Assembly (NCBI GenBank): GCA_032718475.1
Contig: JAUCBJ010003676.1
Span: 1-64,000, forward strand
DNA length: 64,000 nucleotides
Reading direction: 5' to 3'
Origin: Nemertoderma westbladi
Lineage: Eukaryota; Animalia; Xenacoelomorpha
The notes under the pieces were generated by a model. The model ran no database searches. It was not told the DNA's origin and saw only the letters and a program-made list of their open reading frames with translations. Positions 50,001 through 64,000 of this stretch are shown here, piece by piece. Numbering within the stretch: the stretch's first letter is position 1; each line of letters opens with the position of its first letter. The position numbers were made by a program, and so were the translations under genes.

Positions 50001-52782
50001 GCGTTCTTAATCTCGTCAGCTAACTTCAGTAAGTCAACGGGTTTTGTTATAGCCCCCCCCCCCCCTTACAGAGTTCTTCTATCACTGACTTAGCCATACT
50101 CACGGTGCCTCCGTAAATCGAAGTTAAGCGATCATACGCTAGTTCGAAGGCATCTGGTACACCGACAAAGGTCTCCGCTAGACGTTTCGGTTCTCCCGTC
50201 AGCGTTTGTAGCAGGTAGTTGAATTTCTCCCTCGATGTAAAGGCGCACGCTGCTATTTGGGTTTCGATGTAGTCCACAAAGGTGTGCCAATGTTTCGAGT
50301 TACCTGAAAACTTCGGTGGTTGTTGTACCGGTAAACCTTGTCTCGCTGCGAATTTCGCTATCTCCTCGGCCACGTTCAAAGTTTCGCGTCCTTTGTTGGC
50401 AATCGAGTTGATGTTCTCTCGTCTTGGCGCTTTTCCTTGATACGAGGTGTTTCTCGAGGGTTGCTTTCTATGTTGCTTCGGGTATCTAGAGTGTTCGAAC
50501 TCGTTACCTCGCGAACTATCAGTTTGAGTTTCTTCTAAACGTTCCTCTATCTGGGCCAACTTGTCTACAACTGGTCGCATTAGATCGGCAAATTGTTGCG
50601 TACTAATCGCGTCTGTTGGTTGTAACGCCTTTTGTGTTGGTGTATTTTGTGGAGGATTATCGATAAAGGAGTTATCTGAACGCTCACGTTTATATTCGTC
50701 GGCCGCTCCTGTTCTAAATACCTCGCGTTTCGGGTAATCCGATTCACTCGAAGTACTACTGTCACCTGGATACGGTGGTTGACGTGCTCGCGTCCGTTGT
50801 GTTGTCCGAATCCTAACATTCCGCTTCGGAACATCGTCTACTGGTTTCCGTCGTTCGGTAGGCTCGCAAGTCTTCCTCGAAGTCGTAGATTGCGATGTAA
50901 ACTGGTTGAGCGGTCGCGTATCCACTGGTCTCCGTTGTTCGGTAGGCTCACAAGTCTTCCTCGAAGTCGTAGATTGCGATGTAAACTGGTTGAGCGGTCG
51001 CGTAATGGCGTTTGCGTCTAAAGTCCTCATAGGTCTAAACACAGTCGGGTTTGCGTTGTGCGTGACCGGTTCTGGTGTCGAAGGTTGACTCACCTGTTTA
51101 GTTGTCAGTAATATAGGTCCGACTAATAAACTACTACGATCTGTAATCGGCGGGTTACTTACCTTGACTTTCGAAATAGGCGATGACGTTGCTCTTGGCG
51201 GTGTAAACTTGTCCGGAATAACAAACCTGTGTTCCGTCGCACCATGGATAGGAGAAATATTACTACTACCAGCAATTGAAACAGGTTCCTTTGTCGTAAC
51301 TAGTGCAAACATAGGAGTTACTTGAGGGAATCTTTGACATAAGTCTTTAACTAATTGTCTTTCTCGCCCAGGTGCCCCTACACTTCCTTCCTTCATTCGT
51401 TCCTGAATTTGGCGGTGCCTTACCTCTATCTGGTCCAAATCATGTCCGTCAAGAGATCTCATCGATCGATCGCGGGCTTGTAGATCCAGATCTTCCTTCG
51501 CGTTGGCTAATTCTCTCGCCTTCTTCCCGAGTTCGAAATGAAGTTTAACTTCTTTCTCGCGTTGTTCCGTCTGTTGTTGTTGCGCCTCGAACTCCGCTTG
51601 TCGTATAGCTGATTGAGCCTTTATTTGCCGTTTTTTCATCTCGGCTCTCGCTTCTGAAACTATCCTTTGTCGCTCTAATTCAGCTGCTGCTGCTCGTCGC
51701 TCTAAATCGGCTGCTGCTGCTCGTCGTTCCAACTCAGCTGCTGCCGCTTGTTGCGCTAACTCAGCTGCCGCTGTTCGCTGTGCTATTTCTAGCTCCAACT
51801 TTTCCATCTCAGCCGCTTCCAACTCGGCTTGTTCTTGCAGATGAGAGATTCTCGCAACATTTGCAACGCGTAGTTTTTCTTCTTCTAGCGCCGCTTGTGC
51901 CGTCAACAGTTGAGCTTGTTCCTCAACTTCCCGTTGTTGTCTATAGCGCTGTTGTTGCTGTCTGGAAATTTCTGACGTCACTATACTTATCTCGCCAATT
52001 TCGCTGCGAATACTCACTAACGATTGGTCCAGTATTCCCGGTGCCGATTCGATTTGTACGGGTGAAGTTTCCCTCGTATATTCCGGCACGGTTTCCAAAT
52101 CGCCGACGTCTTCGCCGCACATACGTAAGTGGTCCGTCAGATGTTTCAATTGTCCATCCAGTCGGTACAGTTCCTGTTCTTCCTCGGGCTGCAATAATTC
52201 GTCCGAAACTGACTCACCTAACAACTGGTCCGCTTGTTCCTGTTGTATCTGCCTAATCTTCGACTTAAACTGAATCAGTTTCTCTCTAGCGATCATTAGT
52301 TTCTCGAGGATTCTAAGTTGAGTATCCATGTCCTGTCTCTGTCTAGCTAGATCTTGTAGACCAATTAGATTATCTACGGACTTATGTACTCTACTTTGTA
52401 CTCTAACCTGGAGGGTATAGAACTCAAACCGAGACATCGGAGTGGTCAACTCGTCTAATATGCGTTGGCCTTCTCCAATACTCCTGGTAATATGCGCCAT
52501 GTATCCTCCGACGCTTCTAACCACACTCTCCTGGCTTCCTACTGAACTTACCATGTCCGTTTCCCTATATCTAGGTTGCGGAACAGTTAGAAAGTCTTTG
52601 GTCCTGCCGTCGCCTCGTACTACGGCATCCGGTACTCCCGTTGGATGTACTGGTGACGCACACGGTATAGGTTCGGTAGGCTCGCGAGTCTTCCCCTGTA
52701 GTTCTTCCGCTGCTGACTTATCCGCGTCACATGAGTCATAGTCGGTAGGTGTATTTTTCGTATAGTCTTGTTTGTCACTCAT
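44036..52782 (-). pseudogene. BEL/Pao gag-pol polyprotein with several stops/frameshifts
   Basis: Gag PPKFSGNSKHWHTF; Zn knuckles CWRCTLHGHVRKDC, CPSCGRNHDGLLH; protease AILDSASSHSYV; RT YYLPHH, DVEAMFHQV, FYVDD; Pao RNase H LHCFSDAS, PRAELQAA, NPADIASRG; integrase H..H..CIIC, GIDCFGP, SDQRTNF, WRGGVWER. Breaks near 50050, 49940, 48308, 47870, 45930. Confidence 0.95.
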
Positions 52783-55049
52783 TTCGGTAGTTGTAAGTCA
52801 AGTAAAATGTGAGTGTCAAAGTATCAACTTTACCGTATTTATATTTAAACGGTACTAATTACAGTCATATAAAATTAGCCTACCGGCCGATTTTATAGCA
52901 GATGGATAAAATTAGCCTAAACGGCCAATTTTACAGCAAATAAATGTCACGGAATAAGTATATAATAAAATTAGCCTAGCGGCCAATTTTATAACAAATA
53001 AATCGGATAACGATATGCGTTATCAAAAGGTAAATTAAATACAATACTACGGACTAATTCAGCAATGAACAAAGAAATCGTACGGAATGCATAAATACTT
53101 GAGACAGTGGAACCCACAATAATTTTAACTAATACGGTAATGCCTAACTTATTTATGCAACTTTTCAAACTCACCCACTCCAATAATTCTCCAGAAAAAC
53201 AGATTCCCAGATACAAACCGGACGTGAACCTTTCCGTTTCCAGCGTTGCGGACGAAGTGCGATTTTCCCAACCAAAGTTGTTGAGTTATCTATCTCCCAA
53301 ACTTGCTAAACACGGTCTTGCTCTCGTTACAGTCTAGAAATGAGTTCTGAATCCTGAAAAACAAAAGAGTTAGGTTTTACTTTTACGAAAATTTTGTACC
53401 GGTACAATATGGTATTTAAACCCTTTTAAACACTGGTATTCAATTCCAAAATATTTTACACGCGGTTCAAATCAAATTTTATTTCAAAATATTAGCACTT
53501 AGCTAATCAAATATAAACTTTTACCTCAAAATACAAAATTTTCAAATAACTTTAGTCCTACCGAACCGTAGTTCAGTAAAACATATTCCTACTAATTTGA
53601 AGAGACAGTAACAAATACACGAATCCTGCAATATCATACTATAAAGTTTGTGAATCAAATCATAAATCCGACCTTCTCACCAAAACAGTAAACTCCAAGT
53701 AGGCGAATATATTGCAGTATCGGTCTCTTATAACCGGTGAGGCAGAAAACAGTCTACGAACGGACAAACTTCGATAAAACAAAATCCCGCGCAGCGAATC
53801 CTAAAATCAGGCTGACTCACTGACGGACTAAGGGGCTCGTATACCTTGCCGCGGTGTGATTTATATGGTTGGGCGAAAGGGACGCTAGCTAGGTGCAGAG
53901 ATCTGGAGATGTCTAACTAGCGGGCAAAGTGCAGTACGGACAAAAGTTAATTTTATATATTTTGAGGTGTAAATAATTTCTAACGCGCGTGTGTTAATTC
54001 TGAACCGTCAAGATCAGTTTTGCTCCTTCATATATATAATTACTGGGTACGGTGTGCATTTTGCAAATATTCTAATTTTGTAACTTGTAGGGCCAATACT
54101 CACGAATGATAAGGCTCCTTCCCCTCTTGCGTATTTCCAGGACTCAAATTCGGGCATAAGGTTAATACTACGCCCAGAATTCGGCAATTTTTAATTTACC
54201 AGGTCCCTAATACTAAGAAGAAATGTGTTAGTTTACTACAGTAGGCGTACGGTTACTAATAGCTAGCCTGGCGTCCTATCTAGAATTTTGGTTACCTAGG
54301 TGGGCTTGGTAACTTCCTATCAGGATGTCGGCGGGGACACGGTAGATGTTAGTATCCCTAATTAGCCTCAATTTATTTGCGCCTAGTCGTAAACTGCCCT
54401 ACCGCCTGAACGGTACAATCCTAATTCAGGTGAAACACAGTAACCCTCCTAGCCTACAAGTTCTAATGCAATGGACACCGTTGTACTGCAAATAGTCACA
54501 GACGCACCTGTACTTAGCAAGAGTTAGGCGTACAGTTTGCTGCACCCTACCAATGTGTATGCTTTGTACCGGTGTGCCTACGTCCTATCTGCGTACTAGT
54601 ATCTCTGCCTGCTCTCTTCCCCCCCCCCCCCCCCCCCGTAGGAATATGAAGGTCTACTGCGGTTTTTTCCTGAATTAAAACAGTACAGTCCCTAGATGTA
54701 ATTTTAGGCGTACAGCGTGTCACTACCTCTACCTTCGATCTTTGGTCTTATACTTAGGTAGCAAGGCATCGAACGCTGTCTAACCTTTCAGGCGATGGGC
54801 GAATAACTAAGAGTGATATTGCGGGTTGTCTCCTGTCTACATTCCTTAGATGTTCCCGTTCATCGCTGCGGCCCGATGTTTAGCCAGCCATCCTGTCCCT
54901 TAGTTGGGTTCACCGTGGTGAAGCATGATAAAACAGATAGAAAAGGGCAGATGTGACAAGTATTTCTAACTTTTATTACAAAATCAAACAATAACTATTA
55001 TACAATAAACAGAATAGAAAGTAATAGTGATTGAAGTGTGTGAAGAAGT

Positions 55050-55225
55050 TATAAACTAATGAACGAAATCGCACCTTTTATACCAAATTTGTGCCGCAAT
55101 CAATCGAGAAAATTCTCGATTGTTCTATAAGTTCTAACAGGTTTTTAAAGATAGCTATTGGTCCAGCAAATATATAACTTGTACGACATTGGTTACAATC
55201 TAATAACTACAGTCTCATTGGTTAA
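55050..55225 (-). promoter_or_regulatory. Putative Pol II promoter in LTR B
   Basis: Sense TATAAAAG (55082-55075), Inr-like TCATTAGTT about 20-28 nt downstream, three upstream CCAAT motifs, AATAAA at ~54975; same layout in the other copy and similar in LTR C. Confidence 0.55.
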
Positions 55226-55287
55226 TCTTACTTCGAGCAAATGCAATTAATTTGTAGCGGTCAATTTAAATGAGTTGAAATTCTGCA

Positions 55288-55373
55288 CAAAAAATAATTC
55301 GCACCTACTAGGATTCGAACTCAATACACACTACATATAATTTCCATCGCTCTACCGACTGAGCTACTGAACC
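55288..55373 (-). promoter_or_regulatory. tRNA-like A-box/B-box (Pol III type 2) cassette in LTR U3
   Basis: TAGCTCAGTCGGTAGAGC (A box, D-arm) and GAGTTCGAATCC (B box) 44 nt apart, followed by T6; acceptor stem does not pair. Confidence 0.7.
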
Positions 55374-55502
55374 ACTTGACTAATCATCGTACAAATAGAT
55401 ATAGCAAATACAAATGAGGACTTAATGTAATCTTTTAACAAAGTTAATTCGAATAAAATAAAATTTTGAAAATCCACGGCGTTTAGAGAATATAATTCTA
55501 TA

Positions 55503-56472
55503 TTTGCAAAACAGTACACAGCTACGAGCGGAGGAAAATCAGCTCGAGGAGAAGCATATCGAAACGGCAGATACCTCGACCACAATCCTGCACCTTCTGA
55601 TGCAATCATATTGCACCCTTCACCCAGGAGTTATGGCCCTCCTAGTAAAGTGGCTCCCCCCAAAGAGAAAAAGACTCTTGCTAGCCTCAAAAAACTGCGT
55701 AAACGCCGTCTGCGTAAGAAAGACTAACTGTTTAGAGTATCTTTATGTTTTAGAAACTGTGATTTACTGTGAACTGTGAACTACAGGCAGCAGGAAGTTG
55801 GCCAGGGCCTAATAGTACTCAGGCTAACCTGAATACTGCTTGCATTTTCCATCCCCCCTGGCCCTTATAACTATGAAATTATTCCCGTACCCTGTAAGTT
55901 GCCCCAAAGTTCGCCCATAAATCGCCCCCAGTTTATTTAATGTGCCCAAAACCCATGGTCCCGCACCCAGTAGTAATATCGGAATAATCAATTTTAATAA
56001 AAATACAAAAATATTCAACTCGCGTTATGGAAAGTTGAAATACCGCGAACAGTGTGCAGTATTGTGCAGCATTGTGTATGAGTGAGTCTGTTAAAGAAGC
56101 AATTCCTAAAGAATGCGCCATATATGTGAATTATAATTAAGCCATATCGTTGTGAGTAGTTTAAGTCATAACTCTGTTTATATAGATAAAGCGCCACGTC
56201 CTAAAGGAACTGTTAATATTACCGAAGGTGAATAATATTGTCAGAGATTATATAGTACTGTCAGTCGAATAATACATTAGGCTTACATAGCAATAAAATT
56301 AAACCGTCGAACCCAATCTCCCGGGAATCTCCAGCGGGTGAATGGTCGCGCACGGATTGGTTTCGACTAGTGTAGTGAATCAAATACTTGTCATAGACTA
56401 AAAACTGATTTAATATCTAGAAGACATCTTAATTTGGTGGGTTAAACTGCCAAAGGTCTGAAAGCGCGAACA
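55503..56472 (+). mobile_element. Inverted family A-related remnant: accessory ORF 3' end plus distal part of LTR
   Basis: 55570-55770 is the reverse-complement homologue of 34110-34300 (...KEKKTLASLKKLRKRRLRKKD*); 56050-56472 matches the LTR A distal region and ends AAAGCGCGAACA. Confidence 0.85.
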
Positions 56473-57768
56473 GCACCTAATACCAGACTCTCTGATTGTG
56501 AAAATAGAGATGAGGATGTTAGTTTTACTAACGTAAGGCTGGCTGATCTATTATAAATAAATTTAGTTCTAGAAATTTTGTTGCCGCAATGTTATGCAGC
56601 AATACCTAGCAGTACGTGGCAAGGGCGCGGTAGATATGTTAGTAACCGCTTTCAGCTTAGATGGTACGCCTGTAGTAAGAAAGCTATCCTTTGCCTGAGT
56701 AATACATCAAACCCAGACAGATCAGTTGATCAACTATCTACAGAGCTAACCGGTACTGATAGCTAGTACGGTAAAGTCACCAAATTAAAGAATGTGCTAT
56801 TTGCACTTAGTGTACCTGAGCGCACTACTAGCACCAACTCACACCTGTAAATCGTACAGGTCAACTGTGGGGTATCAGTCTGGATCCATGATATTTGCTC
56901 CTAAATTTATGGCGTCCCAGGACGTCCTCACATTTCAGCCTGATCTAAGCTCTTACAGTGGGCGAAAGCGTCGAACGAAGTCTTACCTTGGCGTGGGTAG
57001 TCTTAACGGGCCTGTGGTTCATAACCGAATGTGTTAATGCGGTTTCCTTATGTGTCCTGTAGACATTCCTCCCCCTTGCGTCGCTGTCGTCTAAAGGTCT
57101 AGGCAGCCATTCGTCTAATTGTTTGGCAGGGGTTTCAGATAGATACGTTAAAACTTACATAGTTAAAGTTTTTAAGTATATTTTAACGTAAAGCGGAATA
57201 TAAAACTAAACATTTACAAATTTTACTACTGAAAAGTTTTACAAATTTAACAAGTCAGAAGTTAAATGATTATATAGTTTTAAACTAATAAGTAAGTGAT
57301 AACTTAAGGACAAATCGCATCTTTTAAAGGGAAATTCGGATGTGGAATGGAATTCGAATGCATTATAATCGTTCTATATGTTCTATGACATTCTTAAAAG
57401 CCGCATTGGTCCAATAAATTATTAAATACAAGATGCAATCATCTCAATGTCCAGCTAATCAGCAATCAAATCACGCACAGTATTGGTTCAACTATTATAA
57501 ATCCAGATAGGCAGTATTTATTTAAATTCGAAATATATCACTACAAAAATACAAATTCCTTAAGTGCGATTCGAACTCTATACCTAATATATACACGACA
57601 TACATACTAACCTACTGGACCATCTGATGTCTCTGTAAAATACGTTAGATATTACAAATGCATAGTATTTTAAAGAAACTTATAGAAAATAAAGAATAAA
57701 TGTCGTAATTTTTAAATTTTTTATACAAACTAAACTACAAATTGCTACTTAAAAAAAATAATTCCACA
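56473..57768 (-). repeat. Diverged B-like LTR (family C), truncated
   Basis: Collinear patches with LTR B (CGGTAGAT..GTTAGTA, TCGAACG..GTCT.ACCTT, AAATCGCA.CTTTTA, GATTCGAACTC); sense start TGTGGAATTAT versus B TATAGAATTAT. Confidence 0.7.
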
Positions 57769-58189
57769 CAACTTGTTTTTTTCTTGCCCCATTTGGGACA
57801 TTCAAAATTACCAAATATTTTCTTCAATGTATATTTTAGTTCTACATAATCGTGATCAGTGTCTCCAAAAAAAACTGCCATATACCGCAAATTAATTTTA
57901 GTGAATTTTAAAAACGTTTGAAAATTTTAGCACGAAAAATACTGGAGAAATGGAGCCCAGTACGAAAACGAACATAGTCAAGTGAATGCCTTTTGCTCTG
58001 TTAGATAGCCCATTAAAGTTGAGGAAAAGTCAGTTTTCCCAACAAACCTGACTCAAAGATTAGATAGATGAAGTAGTAAATTGTCGGATCCTATTTATTA
58101 TACTGCATGTGCCGAAATGGATAGTTTTATAATTATTTTACCATTTTTTATAAAATATTTCTTTTAAATTATTTAATATTGTTTTGCAG

Positions 58190-62506
<4,317 letters not shown>

Positions 62507-64000
62507 ACGTTGCATAAACAGAATGTCTGGTGAATATTTCGTGTGGTGATGGAGAAATGTAATCGAGCTCTAGGGAAATTATGTAATTCATAATAATTAG
62601 TATAATATCGAGAAAAATTAATAAAAAAATCACTTGAACCAAAAACACAGTTTAGTACTTTGATCTTGTGATATATAAGTAATTTAATTATTTTAACTTA
62701 CATCAATATATGTTAACATTGTTGTATATAAATAATATTGTTTAATTTGTCACGTAAGTTATTTAGTATCATTTCTGTCAGTAAATTGTGTAGAGATCCT
62801 ACTTTCCACTTCTGAACAAAACCATTTACATTACACATTTCCTACCATGGCATAGTGGTTAAATTATTTTTCTTTAAACTATATCTCTCCAGAGTTTGAC
62901 GTTACTCAAACTCTTTTTCAAACTCTTTTATCAAACTCTCGGTCAAATTTTTTACGATACCATAAAGAGACAACCCAGGGCACATCACAGCCTTGCATCC
63001 TTAAAGAAGGCACAAGCCAGATGCATTGTAGCTTGTCAGACTTCGACTGGATAAAAAATAGGAAAGATGTAACAACTTTGCCTTTTATCTTTTCCATTTA
63101 TACTCAAAGTGTCATGGATGGCTTATTAACAGCGGGGTTCTGGTTTAACCTGCACCAGCTGTGTTAAATATATGATATGATGATGATATCCACCTCATGG
63201 GAAATGATGGAGAAAGATATGTTAATCTGAAATATAAATCTTTTGATCAATATTCTATTATTTTCACACTCGGTTATCTAAATCCGAGTGGTAGGTACAT
63301 CACATTTGTAATTGTTGTAATCCCAGGTTCTTCAGCTTTGGGGATTTATTGGTCAAGGTCAAAGTCAACCTCAGGTACATAAAATGGGGGATTGTCTGAG
63401 TATAGAAGGAGTATAAACATTTTTCATTAAAAATCCTGAGGGGTCTCTTAATCGTCGGGCGGGTCATATGTATTGTATATCACACTGTATTATATATAAT
63501 TTGACATTTGCAGTCTATAATAAGAAGTATATTAAATTAAGTTTATTGAATTATGCAACACTGCCAATTAAGGCGACACTGAATACACCATGTCCCAGAA
63601 TATAGTGTCGTAATTCAGTGACACCCCCCCCCCCCCCCCCCCTAATTTTTCTACAAATCTTGATGAGATTGCATGACATTTGAAACTGAGATAGTTTCAC
63701 CTCCCGACCTCTGACTGGGTGAGCCAGAATTTTTATTTTTGCTTTCAATCTTTAGCTACAAGCGTTTAAAAAAAAGTGTCTCCAGCAATATTACACCAGT
63801 TACACCGCAGTTATTCTTGTACCGTATAACTGTTTGATGGCACCAATCTAAAGCTGGTCATACAAGGATTCTAAATATGTAACACAATTTGAATTTCGTT
63901 GAAAAATAGCTGAGATATGAGCGTTCAAATGTTGCATGGTTATGATCCGGCGTGAGGCATTTTTATTCTATTTAATAAATGGTGATTGTATTAATATGTG

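Larger units (their letters stand above)
37309..55502 (-). mobile_element. Near full-length BEL/Pao LTR retrotransposon, family B
   Basis: Two highly similar ~1.9 kb direct repeats flanking gag-PR-RT-RNaseH-IN and an extra ORF; PPT-position GGAGCGG at 41072-41078; no TSD found. Confidence 0.93.
53598..55502 (-). repeat. Family B 5' LTR (~1.9 kb)
   Basis: Plus strand TGAAGAGAC...AATTCTATA; inner boundary set by loss of identity with the other copy, so uncertain by up to ~90 bp. Confidence 0.85.

Noticed and set aside
50047-50070. Programmed gag-pol frameshift at the G/C run
   Set aside because: Falls inside the Gag core at a long homopolymer; BEL/Pao normally has one ORF, so slippage mutation or sequencing error is more likely.
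55288-55373. Functional tRNA gene
   Set aside because: Acceptor, anticodon and T stems do not pair properly; only the D-arm and A/B boxes are retained.
56866-57768. Solo LTR TGTGG...CCACA with CAAC TSD
   Set aside because: Homology to LTR B continues left to ~56475, so 56866 is internal and the 4-bp match is probably chance.
62930-63960. Possible DNA transposon remnants (GCDV-like peptide, terminal-like sequences)
   Set aside because: Too degenerate; no paired TIRs or TSD identifiable in the window.

Overview
AT-rich, repeat-dense animal (invertebrate-like) genomic window; no prokaryotic features. It is dominated by BEL/Pao LTR retrotransposons on the minus strand. Family A has ~1.2 kb LTRs at 7057-8302, 9855-11040 and 32884-34069, an inverted partial LTR ending at 56472, and a broken gag-pol at 1-4822. 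A near-complete family B element spans 37309-55502 with ~1.9 kb LTRs, and a diverged B-like LTR lies at 56473-57768. Also present: a 5'-truncated RTE-type LINE with TSD, CRE-like and Gypsy remnants, MULE-like foldbacks, a Harbinger-like MITE, a hAT-like end and minisatellites. Host genes: a two-exon M13/neprilysin-like metallopeptidase, four 3' exons of a trypsin-like protease, and a probable minus-strand gene with PH-like exons. Best candidates for novelty: (1) family A has no tRNA PBS and instead has an 11-nt PBS complementary to a conserved 11-mer in its own LTR, suggesting Tf1-like self-priming in a BEL/Pao lineage; (2) both families carry a homologous non-env accessory ORF before the 3' LTR; (3) B/C LTRs carry a tRNA-like A-box/B-box cassette, hit at its A box by a TIR-less 6-bp-TSD (Dada-like) insertion; (4) a 17-nt quasi-palindrome occurs ten times across element B in different reading frames. 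All alignments were done by eye; no database searches were run.
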